Source: an archaeon (GTDB lineage Archaea; Iainarchaeota; Iainarchaeia; Iainarchaeales; JAAZKV01). From it: 44,405 nt of DNA. Below, piece by piece: positions 9,694-20,025 of this stretch (its first letter is position 1; each line of letters opens with the position of its first letter). The stretch is taken from the NCBI GenBank assembly GCA_036170245.1, contig JAVHOV010000016.1, positions 1 through 44,405 of the forward strand, in the 5' to 3' direction. The notes under the pieces were generated by a model. The model was not told the origin of the DNA. It did no database searches and saw nothing but the letters and a program-made list of their open reading frames with translations. The translations under genes and the position numbers were made by a program.

Positions 9694-9764
9694 ACCAAAA
9701 CAATTGGGTAAAAAGCCTTAAAATAAAATCGAAAATACCCTAAAAAAAGAAACTACCTTAAAAA

Positions 9765-10481
9765 TCAAAGAATCATATGAGCCAAATAAAAAACCATTTT
9801 GCTGGGACCGATTGAGTAAGTTACACGCATTGCAGAATCGTTTTTTAATTCAATCAAAATCTGCTTTTCATTAGGAGCCTGCTTAATTATGCTTTGAAAA
9901 AAATTAAGCGAAAATTTTGCAGTAACATCCACTTTTGAAGTAATATTTGAAACCTTGCTCGCTTCAGCATCCATTACTCCGCTTGAACCTTTTGCTTCAA
10001 CAAAAAACTTTCCATTTGCAACTTTAAGAACAATGCTTGAACCAAAAAGAGAAGCATCTTTGAGAACTTCTTTCAATGAAGAAGCATTAATGTCAATTTT
10101 TGCCTCATAAGTAATATCAGGAGTTTTTGCTTCGTCGCCTGAAACATCAATCAAAGGAAGACGAAAGTTTCTTCGCATATCAGAATCAAAACTGATTTTC
10201 ATTTCAGCATCAGAAATATCTAAAAGAAGTTTATCATTAGCTAAAGATCTCTGCAAAATCTTGTTGAGTTCAACCAAATCAACTCCAACAAAATTCGGTT
10301 CAATATTGTACTTGTCAAAAAACTTTTTGTCAACAAAAAAATCAACTAAAACAACTTGGGATGGATCAATTGCCTTAAACCCAACACCTTTATCAGAAAA
10401 CCTAAAATTTCCTTCAGGAACAAATGCAGAAATGGATTCTACTGCGCTTCTAAAAAAATCTGACTGTTTTAGTTCAATCAT
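9765..10481 (-). CDS. pcn: PCNA sliding clamp, paralogue 2
   Basis: AIDPSQVVLVD, FRLPLID, LKDASLF, AKFSLNF; C-terminus FYLAHMIL. Confidence 0.85.
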   Translation of the reverse strand: MIELKQSDFFRSAVESISAFVPEGNFRFSDKGVGFKAIDPSQVVLVDFFVDKKFFDKYNIEPNFVGVDLVELNKILQRSLANDKLLLDISDAEMKISFDSDMRRNFRLPLIDVSGDEAKTPDITYEAKIDINASSLKEVLKDASLFGSSIVLKVANGKFFVEAKGSSGVMDAEASKVSNITSKVDVTAKFSLNFFQSIIKQAPNEKQILIELKNDSAMRVTYSIGPSKMVFYLAHMIL

Positions 10482-10603
10482 TTTAGTTACCTTACATGAG
10501 AACAATAGAGAAGTATTTAAGAATTGCTTTAGGGGGGTTAAAATTAAACCCCCAAAACCCCTAACCTAAATTAATCATAAAATAAGTGCAATTAACAAAC
10601 AAC

Positions 10604-11035
10604 CTAATTTAGCTGTTTTGGTTTTGATTCTCTTTTCAACGCCAATTGGGACGCAAGTCTTGCAGCAAGAGAAAGTTGATAGTGTTTTGCCGCAACAGTT
10701 GATCCTATTCTGCCCAAATTACTACTAGCAATCTCTTTGGATAGCTCTCTTTCAACTTGGGAGTATACTTTAAGTGCTTTAGATCCATGAATAATAACCT
10801 CTGAACCAACTTCATAAGAATCACGTAACTTTTTCATAGAAGAATCCTTCTCTGCTAATCTATTAAGTAAATCTAAAGATTCAAATGTATCAAGAGTTAT
10901 TCCTTTTTTTGAAAAAACTTCAGCAACTTGTTTTATTTGCTTAACAGCCTTAGATCGCATATGTCTTCTTGATCTTACATGCGCGTTAAAGCTAATTCTT
11001 TTTTTTAAACTAACTGCTCTTTTAATAAGACTCAA
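10604..11035 (-). CDS. Basic hypothetical protein
   Basis: 143-aa ORF, RBS GGTG; Arg/Lys-rich N-terminus. Confidence 0.55.
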   Translation of the reverse strand: MSLIKRAVSLKKRISFNAHVRSRRHMRSKAVKQIKQVAEVFSKKGITLDTFESLDLLNRLAEKDSSMKKLRDSYEVGSEVIIHGSKALKVYSQVERELSKEIASSNLGRIGSTVAAKHYQLSLAARLASQLALKRESKPKQLN

Positions 11036-11122
11036 ATAAACACCAAAATAAATACAGACAAAAGAAATAAAAAAAGAGGGTTAGCCCCTAAATAAAATCA
11101 AAAACGCTTTTTTTTAGAAAAA

Positions 11123-11866
11123 TTAAGCATTCTCTATTCTTGGAGCTAAAAAGTAATTAACCCTAGCATCTCCAATTGAGTAAGAAACTCTTACAGGAGC
11201 GCTTGACTTTAGTGACATACTAACCTTAGTGTCGCTTGATGCAGCTTTTAGCATGTCCTGCAAGTAATCAAGTGGAAACATACTTCTGCATTCTTTTTTT
11301 ACCCTTAGTTCTGGCAAAGAATCCTTATTCTGCTTTACTTCTTCATTTAAATTTCCTTTAGAAGAAGTTGCTTTAACAAAAAACTTTTCTTCACTGCACC
11401 CCAAAACTACATGACTGCTAATTAGTGCAGCATCTTTGAAAGCATTCTGCAAAAATGAAGCTACAATAATCATTTCAGAATCAAATTCAATTCTAGGGTT
11501 AGGAACTTCACTAGTTGAAATATCAATTAGAGGAACCTGAAAAGACCTTTCTGCATGACCCCTAAAAGTGACTGCTAAGAAAGCTTTCTTTTCATCAAGA
11601 GACAATACTAATTCATCCCCACTTTGGGCTCTTGACAACACTTGATTTAAATAATCTAAATCCAAACCTAATCTAGTATCAGTAACATCAAATTTTTCAA
11701 ATGATTTTGCAGGAAGAGAAAAATCAACCATTGAAATTTGTGAAGGGTCAGTTGCTTTAAGTTCAATTCCATTTGCCGAAACAACTAGTTCAGCTTCATC
11801 AATTAAAACAGCAATAGCTTCCATACTTTTCTTAAAAACGTCAGCACTCTTCAAAACTAGTTCCAT
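11123..11866 (-). CDS. pcn: PCNA sliding clamp, paralogue 1
   Basis: ATDPSQISMVD, MFPLDYL, C-terminal FLAPRIE. Confidence 0.93.
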   Translation of the reverse strand: MELVLKSADVFKKSMEAIAVLIDEAELVVSANGIELKATDPSQISMVDFSLPAKSFEKFDVTDTRLGLDLDYLNQVLSRAQSGDELVLSLDEKKAFLAVTFRGHAERSFQVPLIDISTSEVPNPRIEFDSEMIIVASFLQNAFKDAALISSHVVLGCSEEKFFVKATSSKGNLNEEVKQNKDSLPELRVKKECRSMFPLDYLQDMLKAASSDTKVSMSLKSSAPVRVSYSIGDARVNYFLAPRIENA

Positions 11867-11947
11867 TTTATTTCACGACCCTTTAGTAATAATAGAAGAG
11901 AGTTCATTAGATTTAAAAACCGAACTTTACTAAAAAACTTGTGACAA

Positions 11948-12388
11948 TTAATTAGCCTTAATTTTCTTATAATCAATAATCTTTCCGCTAGAATCAAGAG
12001 AAAGAAGGATTTTGACTTGGGCAATTTCAATTAACGCAGTAAGCTTGCTGTTGTTTGAATTAAATTCAAGAATATTAACCTTTGAACCCAACTGAGACTC
12101 AATTTTAGGTTTAAACTTCTTAACTAAAAGAGTCTTAAGAGAAGAATCTGTTTTTTCAAAATCAATACCCTTGATAGTAGATTTTGTTAACTCGGCTTTT
12201 TCCTTTGAAAAAACTGAATTCGATTTTTTTAATTGCTCAATTTTATTAAAAATACTGCTAGCCTTTTTCTCTTCCTCAGTTTTTTTGTTTGAAAAAAATA
12301 AAAAAGCAAGGCAAGCAATAATTGCAACCATTGCAAAGCCAATAACCATCAAAGAAACTTGGACCAAAAAATCAGTTGTAATTTCCAT
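11948..12388 (-). CDS. Hypothetical membrane-anchored protein
   Basis: N-terminal TM helix, 146 aa. Confidence 0.6.
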   Translation of the reverse strand: MEITTDFLVQVSLMVIGFAMVAIIACLAFLFFSNKKTEEEKKASSIFNKIEQLKKSNSVFSKEKAELTKSTIKGIDFEKTDSSLKTLLVKKFKPKIESQLGSKVNILEFNSNNSKLTALIEIAQVKILLSLDSSGKIIDYKKIKAN

Positions 12389-12439
12389 GCAAATACTAGG
12401 AGGAAGAGGAATAAAAACCTTTTTACTAAAAATAAAAAA

Positions 12440-13303
12440 TCAGCAAATTCCTCTAAAATCAGCGGGCAACTTTCCTTTGAATATTAATGAAGACAAATCA
12501 TCAACCAGCCACAATTTTATACACCCTACAAAAGGAATTTTGAAAAATGCTTTTCCTTCAAGAGAACTAACTGGAATTGCATAAAAAGAAATACACCCTT
12601 TTTGAGAAATATTAAATTCGGGTTTAATGATTCCACAATCTTCATCAAAAGTTGGATTAGTCAAAGAATTATCCCCTTTTGTCAAAATAAAGTTGCCGTC
12701 CTTTGTTACTAATTTTGCAATTGAGCGGTGAATTATGGGAATTCCGTTTGTAACAGAATTAGGATTAACTGCAGGGTAAACTATTACAATTCCATCATGG
12801 TTTGGGATAACTTCTTTAATACAATTACCATCACAAGCAAAAACTATTTTTTCAAGCTTGAGTAATGAAGGATTGGAGTAAATGGGGGTAGCATAATTAA
12901 TTGTTGCAACTCCATTAACGTTAATTGAACTAGGCAAAATAACTTCAGGACCAAAATTATCACTCTGATTAATTCCGCTAAGAGCCATTACATCTCCTCT
13001 AAAAAAAGTCGGCTCCATGGATGCTGAATATACAATAACTAATGGGGAAGATGAACCAAACAAAAACCCTAGGATGAGATACGCTAAAAAAGCAAATAAA
13101 AATGCAAACAAAACATTTACCAAAAATTCAGCAATTTCAGAATTATTAGAAACTTTTTTTACTAAAGGCATTACCCACAAATCCACATAAGTAAAGGGAT
13201 CCAAAAATGAAAGAAAACCCAATCTTTTTTTCAAAGAAGAGAAAGCATTCTCTAGGGAAGTAAAGACGGATTTCTTTGCTTTAGGTTTAACAAATTTAAC
13301 CAT
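12440..13303 (-). CDS. Signal peptidase I (SEC11/S26B type)
   Basis: VYSASMEPTFFRGD, IIHR, TKGDN motifs. Confidence 0.88.
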   Translation of the reverse strand: MVKFVKPKAKKSVFTSLENAFSSLKKRLGFLSFLDPFTYVDLWVMPLVKKVSNNSEIAEFLVNVLFAFLFAFLAYLILGFLFGSSSPLVIVYSASMEPTFFRGDVMALSGINQSDNFGPEVILPSSINVNGVATINYATPIYSNPSLLKLEKIVFACDGNCIKEVIPNHDGIVIVYPAVNPNSVTNGIPIIHRSIAKLVTKDGNFILTKGDNSLTNPTFDEDCGIIKPEFNISQKGCISFYAIPVSSLEGKAFFKIPFVGCIKLWLVDDLSSLIFKGKLPADFRGIC

Positions 13304-13373
13304 AACAAATACCTTTCAACAAAACAATTTAAATATAAAAATAACTAAAACAAAAAAACGAGTTTTAGTTTTT

Positions 13374-14351
13374 TTATAAAGACAACCTCGGAGAACTTTT
13401 TGATTTTCCATAAAAGAATACTGCTAAAATTACAACTAACAAATAAAAGAAACCCATTATAAAATACAATTCAGAATAATGCATTATTCCAACAGCTTCA
13501 GTTACTGCACCATATCCCACTGAAAATAATGCTAAAAGTGAAAGGAACAAAACATCCTTAATTATAACTGAAGAACTGTGGGTAAAAAATTCTTTTTTCG
13601 CAATCATTGCAGAAAGAATTGCTCCAGCTAATGCACCAAACACATAACCAAATAATTCTGGAACACCATGACCAATAACTAAACTCTGAAACATTCCTAA
13701 AAATTTTGTAACATCTCCCCCTAGAAGAGTCTCCCCAAAAAACACCCCTAAAATTGAAGCATTCCATGCGATAATAAAAATTGCTCCAACTCCGTAAAGC
13801 AAAGACAAAATTATTGTAAATACCAAAACCCCTGCATTGTTTTCAAAAATAAATAGAGTACAAGATTCAACAGTACTATTATTACTCGTACAAGCATTCA
13901 TTCCAAAAGCTGAAACTCTCCCTGCAATTGAAACAGGAACCCCATTTTCACAAGAACCCACTCTTGAAATACTGCAAAAAGAACTTATTTGCTCTTCAAA
14001 TAACGAAGACCTCTCAAGCGGAGGAAGTATTGAATAATAAAAAGCAAATGCAACTATTATTCCTAAAAAAATCCAAACATAAAGCATGATTAAATTAAAG
14101 TGTCTTGCAAAAAAAGTTGTACAAGAAGATTTGCTATTTAAAGCTTCATCATTTTCTTCAGCTGAAAGAACATTATACACAAGAGGAACTAATCCTATTG
14201 TAATAAATGCAATTGAAAGAACAGAAGCGTGCTCTGGAAACAAAAGTTGTGCAAAAAATAAACTTCCTGCACAAATCAGCATTGCTAAAAAGAAAATGAA
14301 AACAGGATGATTTCTGATATTTTTTTCTCCAACAAGAGATTCCAAAACCAC
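13374..14351 (-). CDS. SpoIIM-like integral membrane protein
   Basis: Multiple TMs; IF.NN, WNAS, HG.PE, A..E motifs. Confidence 0.7.
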   Translation of the reverse strand: MVLESLVGEKNIRNHPVFIFFLAMLICAGSLFFAQLLFPEHASVLSIAFITIGLVPLVYNVLSAEENDEALNSKSSCTTFFARHFNLIMLYVWIFLGIIVAFAFYYSILPPLERSSLFEEQISSFCSISRVGSCENGVPVSIAGRVSAFGMNACTSNNSTVESCTLFIFENNAGVLVFTIILSLLYGVGAIFIIAWNASILGVFFGETLLGGDVTKFLGMFQSLVIGHGVPELFGYVFGALAGAILSAMIAKKEFFTHSSSVIIKDVLFLSLLALFSVGYGAVTEAVGIMHYSELYFIMGFFYLLVVILAVFFYGKSKSSPRLSL

Positions 14352-14441
14352 TATTAACCACCTGATTTATAAAGACTTTTAACGAGCAAATCCTTATTTT
14401 ATAATGGATTTAGGCGTATAAAATACTTATTGGTGAGGAAA

Positions 14442-15164
14442 ATGGTTGCAAAACAAAAAATAGTTGTCCCTGGGGAACAAATAGCCACTGAAGAAGAATA
14501 CACAGCAGGCGAAAATACTTATGTTAAAGATGGAAAAATACTATCAAAAACTCTAGGAACACTAAATCTTGATGAAGAAAACAAGGAAGCAAATGTTAAA
14601 GGAAAAAAAGTTGAAGAGCTGGCTTACGGCGATATTGTAACTGGAAAAGTAATAATGGTTAAAGAATCAACAGCAGTAATTGAACTACTTTCCGCTGAAG
14701 GAAACAAGAGAATAATGGGAATTACTACTGCACAGTTGCCAATTAGAAACATTTCAAACGAATATGTTACTGAATTGAACAAAATCCTAAAAATAGGGGA
14801 CATTATCAAAGCAAAAGTAGTGATGAGTTCACCTCTTGCAATTGATTTAAACACAAAAGAATTAGGTTTAGGTGTAATCAAAGCTTACTGCTCAAACTGC
14901 AGAAAAGAAATGAGTTTTAACAATAACAAAATGGTTTGCCTTGATTGCGGAAGCATTGAAGACAGGAAATGGTTTGAGAAAGTTGAAGAAGCAAGAAGTC
15001 ACGATGACAGAGAAGGTGGATTCAGAAGAGACGGCCCAAGAGAGGGAGGATTCCATAGAGGCGGATTTCACCAAAATAATGGTTTTAGACCAAACAAATT
15101 TGGTAATAAACAGGGGTTCAACAGAGGCCCAAGGCAAGATTTTGGCCAAAGGAATTCTTTTTAA
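14442..15164 (+). CDS. csl4: Exosome RNA-binding subunit Csl4
   Basis: VVPGE..ATEEEY..G.NTY, S1 domain, GVIKAYC..C...C..C...E.RK zinc ribbon; adjacent to rpoL. Confidence 0.9.
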   Translation: MVAKQKIVVPGEQIATEEEYTAGENTYVKDGKILSKTLGTLNLDEENKEANVKGKKVEELAYGDIVTGKVIMVKESTAVIELLSAEGNKRIMGITTAQLPIRNISNEYVTELNKILKIGDIIKAKVVMSSPLAIDLNTKELGLGVIKAYCSNCRKEMSFNNNKMVCLDCGSIEDRKWFEKVEEARSHDDREGGFRRDGPREGGFHRGGFHQNNGFRPNKFGNKQGFNRGPRQDFGQRNSF

Positions 15165-15202
15165 AAGTAAGCAAAAAGTAAATCAATGAAGGTGAATGGA
15201 AA

Positions 15203-15469
15203 ATGAAGCTAAATATTGTTACAAACGAAAAAGACACACTTGAATTTTACATGGAAGGCGAAAGACACACTATCGCAAACTATTTAAAAGAAAAAATTGC
15301 TGAAATGGATGGAGTGGAATTCTGCGCATACAAATTAGATCACCCTCTTGACAATAAAGCAAAATTTATTATTAAAGGAAAAAATCCTAAGAAAGCACTT
15401 GAAACTGCAATTCAACAAGCAAAAACAGAATTAGCTGATTTCAAAACTGCTACTGATAAATTAAAGTAA
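15203..15469 (+). CDS. rpoL: RNA polymerase subunit L (Rpo11)
   Basis: GERHTIANYL, VEF.AY..DHPL. Confidence 0.92.
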   Translation: MKLNIVTNEKDTLEFYMEGERHTIANYLKEKIAEMDGVEFCAYKLDHPLDNKAKFIIKGKNPKKALETAIQQAKTELADFKTATDKLK

Positions 15470-15576
15470 AATTTAACTAACAAAAGAAATTAATTTCTGC
15501 AAAAGAAATTAATTTTCTTTCTATTTTTTAAAAACAAAACAAAGAATTATTATTAATTGAATTAAGAAACAGTTGG

Positions 15577-16575
15577 TTAATCTTTATCTTTCTTTGATTT
15601 CTTTTTAGGAAAAGACTTTTCTTTTTTTCCAGTTGCTTTCTTTACTGAAGCATCAACATAATCCTTAAGCATGTTTTTGTAATGCTCTATTTTTGAGCCA
15701 TCCTTATTATTAGACCTGCCAGTGGCTTGAGCAAATGAAGAAGCAAGCTGAGTAAATTCAGAAGGGAAGAAAACCTTACTGCCCTTACTATTAGACATAT
15801 TTTCAATTGCTTTAATGTAATAATAAGACAAAGCTTTCTCATCAAGTGATGATGCAGCTTCTCTTACAGCATCAATTTCAGCTTTTTGAGCTAAAGCTCT
15901 TTCCATTCTTGCTAATTTTTGCTGAACAGCAGCTTTTTGTTCATGCATTGCGTTAAGAACAATTTCAGGAATTTCAACATCCTTAATTTCAATTGAATCA
16001 CAAGCAATACCCCAGTTCTTTGAAATTTGCTCTAAATTTTCTTTTATCTGTGCATTGATTATTTCAATATTAGCAATAACATCACTTAGCATCATTGATC
16101 CAATTACATCACGAAGAGAAGAAACAACAAATAACTGAGATGCTTTGACATAATCTTCAACTTCAATTACTGAATTAACTACACTCTGATTGTCTTTTTT
16201 TACTCTCAAATAAACAATTGCATCAATAGTAATTTCTACACCATCTTTTGTAACAACGTGCTGTTTTGGAACATCAAGAGTCTTAACACGAAGATCAACT
16301 AAAGCAGTTTTTTCCAAAACCGGCCAAACCCAAGTCCATCCCGGACCGCCAACATGATGAACTTTACCAAACCTGTAAATAACAGCTCTTTGATAATCCA
16401 CAAGCTGCAAAATAAAATCATACTTGTAAACAAGATAAGTAAAAATTGCAAGAATCACAATCCAAACAATATTAGTAATCAAAAAATTCTGGTAAACTAT
16501 TATAGCGTAAACGCTGATAATTAGAGTTGCAAGAAGTGCAAAAAAAACCAAATACTTAAAACTCTGTGCAGCCAT
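15577..16575 (-). CDS. SPFH/stomatin (band 7) family protein
   Basis: YQRAVIYRFG, VDLRV..LDVP.Q.V.TKD.V....DA, LRDVIGSM.L, WGI. Confidence 0.88.
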   Translation of the reverse strand: MAAQSFKYLVFFALLATLIISVYAIIVYQNFLITNIVWIVILAIFTYLVYKYDFILQLVDYQRAVIYRFGKVHHVGGPGWTWVWPVLEKTALVDLRVKTLDVPKQHVVTKDGVEITIDAIVYLRVKKDNQSVVNSVIEVEDYVKASQLFVVSSLRDVIGSMMLSDVIANIEIINAQIKENLEQISKNWGIACDSIEIKDVEIPEIVLNAMHEQKAAVQQKLARMERALAQKAEIDAVREAASSLDEKALSYYYIKAIENMSNSKGSKVFFPSEFTQLASSFAQATGRSNNKDGSKIEHYKNMLKDYVDASVKKATGKKEKSFPKKKSKKDKD

Positions 16576-16672
16576 TTATACCACTAATAAACTACTATTA
16601 TATATAAGATTATTCACTTAGCTTATTTATATAAATGAGCATTACTATATAAAATAAAAAGATGGGAAAAAA

Positions 16673-17896
16673 ATGCAGAAGAGATTGTTTGTTGTTTGTG
16701 TTGACCGAGATGACGATTTAGGTCGAAAAACTGGTATTAAGGGCCCAGTTATTGGAAAAGAAAAGAATCTTTTTGCAGCACAAAAACTAATTTTAACAGA
16801 TCCTACTGAAAGCGATGCAAATACTATGTTTGCTGGAATAAAAAAATATGAAGAAGCAAGCAAGGAATTTAAAAATGTTGAAATAGTTACTATCACAGGA
16901 AGAGGAAAAATAGGACTTCAAGCGGATAAAGAAATCAATAGACAACTTGATATTTTAACTAAGGAATATTTAATTGACGGATGGATTTTGGTTACTGATG
17001 GAGCAGAAGACGCACAAGTAATTCCCCTGCTTCAATCAAGAGGAAAAATAATTTCTACAGAAAAAATAATCATAAGACAAGCTGAAGCAGTTGAATCAAC
17101 TTACTATACAATTAAAGAAGTTCTAAAAGATCCAGGAGTTGCAAGACTATTCCTTGGAGTGCCAGGATTAATTCTACTATCTTACTTTATTTTAGGAACT
17201 GCATCATTCCAAGTAATGGCATTAATCGCAGGAGCATACTTAATATTGAAAGGATTTGGAATTGAAGACAAGATAGTGGATTATATTAGAATAATTACTG
17301 AAAGCCTAAGCGAACAAAGAATAAGCTTTGTGATGTATATCGCAGCAGTTCTAATTCCCCTAGTTGGATTTTGGATGGTTTATATCCAGTTAAATTCATC
17401 AACTTTCATTGATATCACACTTGATATTGCAAGCGCATTACGAACACTTTACCCATTCTTGGTATTCAGCGCAATACTAATAATTGCAGGAAAAGCAACT
17501 GATTCAATTTATAGAAAAAAAGCTTACAGACTCGGAGATTATATTGTACAAGCAATTTCAATTCTTTGCGTTTGGGCAATAATCGATGCAGGAACTTTAG
17601 TATTTTTGCGACAAACAGAATTAACTTGGCTGCCAGCAAACATTATGATGAGCTTAATCATACTAATACTTGCAATGAGAGTAAGAAAAATATTTGATGT
17701 TCGAGAAAAAGTTACAAAACTATTTGTCGGACTCACTGTGCTTGATGAAGCAGGAAATTATTTAGGCAAAGTAATTGAAACAAACAAATCAAAACAAGTA
17801 ATAGTAATACAAGGCAGCGAGAAGAATGCAAAGAGAATAGAAAAGAAACGAAAAGAATTTACTCTGGCACAGGGAAGAATAATTGTCACTGCCTAA
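16673..17896 (+). CDS. DUF373 family membrane protein (C-terminal PRC-barrel-like)
   Basis: VCVDRDDDLGRKTG, DPTESDANTMF, VTDGAED, ESTYY. Confidence 0.85.
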   Translation: MQKRLFVVCVDRDDDLGRKTGIKGPVIGKEKNLFAAQKLILTDPTESDANTMFAGIKKYEEASKEFKNVEIVTITGRGKIGLQADKEINRQLDILTKEYLIDGWILVTDGAEDAQVIPLLQSRGKIISTEKIIIRQAEAVESTYYTIKEVLKDPGVARLFLGVPGLILLSYFILGTASFQVMALIAGAYLILKGFGIEDKIVDYIRIITESLSEQRISFVMYIAAVLIPLVGFWMVYIQLNSSTFIDITLDIASALRTLYPFLVFSAILIIAGKATDSIYRKKAYRLGDYIVQAISILCVWAIIDAGTLVFLRQTELTWLPANIMMSLIILILAMRVRKIFDVREKVTKLFVGLTVLDEAGNYLGKVIETNKSKQVIVIQGSEKNAKRIEKKRKEFTLAQGRIIVTA

Positions 17897-17930
17897 TTGA
17901 ATATAACATAAATCACAAAGAATAATTTTT

Positions 17931-18371
17931 ATGATATTCTTAAATAAACCAACTGATTTTAATCCTAAAATGAGAGTAAGCGCATGCATGATACTTGTGG
18001 GCAAAGAATTTCTTAATTTAGAAACTGGTTCGCACAAAAAACTTGCAGGACTTTGGGGAGTACCTGCAGGAAAAATTGAATCAAATGAAACCCCTAAAGA
18101 AGGAATTTTAAGAGAAGTAAAGGAAGAAACTGGAATCACTCTTGACCCGAAAGAAACAAAAGAATTTAAACTGGTTTATGTAAGATACCCTGAAATGGAT
18201 TTTGAATACCATATGTTTTATATCAGATTGAAAGAAAAACCAAGAGTAATTCTTGACGGAAAAGAAAATTCAAATTATATGTGGACTACAAAAGAAAGCT
18301 CATTAAAACTTCCGCTTATACCAGATGAAGGAGCTTGTGTAGAATTATTTTTTAGAGAACTAAAAAAATAA
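17931..18371 (+). CDS. NUDIX hydrolase
   Basis: PAGKIESNETPKEGILREVKEETG Nudix box. Confidence 0.88.
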   Translation: MIFLNKPTDFNPKMRVSACMILVGKEFLNLETGSHKKLAGLWGVPAGKIESNETPKEGILREVKEETGITLDPKETKEFKLVYVRYPEMDFEYHMFYIRLKEKPRVILDGKENSNYMWTTKESSLKLPLIPDEGACVELFFRELKK

Positions 18372-18406
18372 TTAAAAAAATAATTAAAATCAGAAAGAAT
18401 TCTAAA

Positions 18407-19969
18407 TTAATTTTTGTTCTTAGCCAAAACGGGCTTTGACAAAAGTTTTTTTGCTTCTACTAAAATATTTTTTTTAGGATAAATTGCTTTTGACAATTGT
18501 TTCAAGAACTGAGTTTTCTTCTGTGAATTTTCAAGAGCAACTTCTAATACTTCAACAAGAGTTGAAACTGGAATTATTTTTACTTTAGCCAATTCTTCTT
18601 TGCCAACAACAATATCCCCAATATTACTTTTTGGAACAATTATTTCTTTGAAACCTGCTTTAATTGCAGCACTGACTTTAGCTGAAACTCCTCCCACAGG
18701 AAGAACTTCACCTCTTACAGAAAGAGAACCAGTCATTGCAACAATTTGCCTCACTGGCAACTCTTCTGCTGCTGAAATTACTGCAGTGGCAATTGAAACA
18801 CTAGCACTGTCCCCTTCTACACCTTCATAAGTCTGAAGGAATTGGATGTGAATATCTTTCAAAAATTCTTTTCCGCTAATTTTCTTAAAAATTACTGAAA
18901 CATTTTGCACAGCTTCTTTTGCAATTTCCCCTAATTTTCCAGTAGCAATAACTCTGCTTTCAGTTGTTGAACTTGAAGGAGTAACTGCGGCTTCAATCGG
19001 AATAATACTTCCAGCACTTCCGTCCCCGAAAACTGCGAGTCCATTAACTCTCCCAATTGTAACTCCATTGATTAAATAAACTTCATAATCTTTCTTTGTA
19101 TCAATCATTTTGTCAACGATTTGATTTTCAAGAGTTCTAGCAGACAACTTTGCTTCAAAAACATCTTGTCGCGTAACATATTTATGAGATTTTTCTTTTG
19201 CAATATCTCCAGCCCCTCTTACAAGTCCACCAAGGTCACGAAGCTTCAAAGTCAATTTACCTTTATGGTCACTTCTTCTTCTTGCTTCAAAAATAATTTC
19301 TTCAACAGCATCTCTAGCGAAGTGAGGAATTTTTCCATCCTTAATTACTTCCTGTGCAACAAACTGTGCAATCTTTTTTCTATTCTCATCATTGTCTTCC
19401 ATATCAACATTCATATAAACTTCGTAACCGTAACCTCTAATTCTGCTTCTTAATGCAGGGTGAACTTTTTCTAAATCCTGATAATTTCCTGCTGCAATTA
19501 AAACAAAGTCACAAGGAACTGGTTCTGTTCGAGTCATTGCCCCACTTGAGTTTTCGGACTGACCAGTAATAGAATATTTCTTTTCCTGCATTGCTGTCAA
19601 AAGTTCCTGCTGAGATTTGTGAGACAAAGTTGCAATTTCATCAATAAATAAAACTCCTCCACTAGCTCTATGAATCATTCCAGGTTCTACTCTTAAGTGA
19701 GCTGGAGTACCTAAGCCACCTGAATTGTGAACCAAAATATCTTCAACGAATAAGTTTCCTGTTTCGGTTGTAACATTATAAACGTACCCCTTATGTTGAC
19801 GCTTAGAGATTTTTGGAGAAAAGGTAGTAACTGATTTATTAAGTTTGAACGAAGGCTTTGAAGAAGCTTTGCGTAAAGAATTTTTTGGAGTAAGTTTTTC
19901 TTTAGAAGTTATTGAGTTAGTTTTCTTAGAACCCTTAACAATCACTGATTTAGTTTTCTTTAGAACCAT
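18407..19969 (-). CDS. lonB: C-intein fused to C-terminal half of LonB protease (Walker B to protease domain)
   Basis: [55 protein letters not shown] (Ser) and GGVSAK (Lys) dyad. Start is ATG 19969 or ATG 20026 (overlaps RT stop). Confidence 0.9.
   Translation of the reverse strand: MVLKKTKSVIVKGSKKTNSITSKEKLTPKNSLRKASSKPSFKLNKSVTTFSPKISKRQHKGYVYNVTTETGNLFVEDILVHNSGGLGTPAHLRVEPGMIHRASGGVLFIDEIATLSHKSQQELLTAMQEKKYSITGQSENSSGAMTRTEPVPCDFVLIAAGNYQDLEKVHPALRSRIRGYGYEVYMNVDMEDNDENRKKIAQFVAQEVIKDGKIPHFARDAVEEIIFEARRRSDHKGKLTLKLRDLGGLVRGAGDIAKEKSHKYVTRQDVFEAKLSARTLENQIVDKMIDTKKDYEVYLINGVTIGRVNGLAVFGDGSAGSIIPIEAAVTPSSSTTESRVIATGKLGEIAKEAVQNVSVIFKKISGKEFLKDIHIQFLQTYEGVEGDSASVSIATAVISAAEELPVRQIVAMTGSLSVRGEVLPVGGVSAKVSAAIKAGFKEIIVPKSNIGDIVVGKEELAKVKIIPVSTLVEVLEVALENSQKKTQFLKQLSKAIYPKKNILVEAKKLLSKPVLAKNKN
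19724..19969 (-). other. C-terminal half of split intein (IntC; blocks F and G)
   Basis: Ends in canonical His-Asn followed by Ser+1 at 19723-19721. Confidence 0.88.
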
Positions 19970-19989
19970 AACCAATACGTTTTGGAAAA

Positions 19990-20005
19990 CAATTAAATAC
20001 CTATT
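19990..20005 (-). promoter_or_regulatory. Candidate TATA-box promoter for the IntC-LonC gene
   Basis: AAATAGGTATTTAATT about 25-30 nt upstream of ATG 19969, spacing compatible with a leaderless archaeal transcript. Confidence 0.4.
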
Positions 20006-20025
20006 TGAGGAGAAACTAAAACTCA

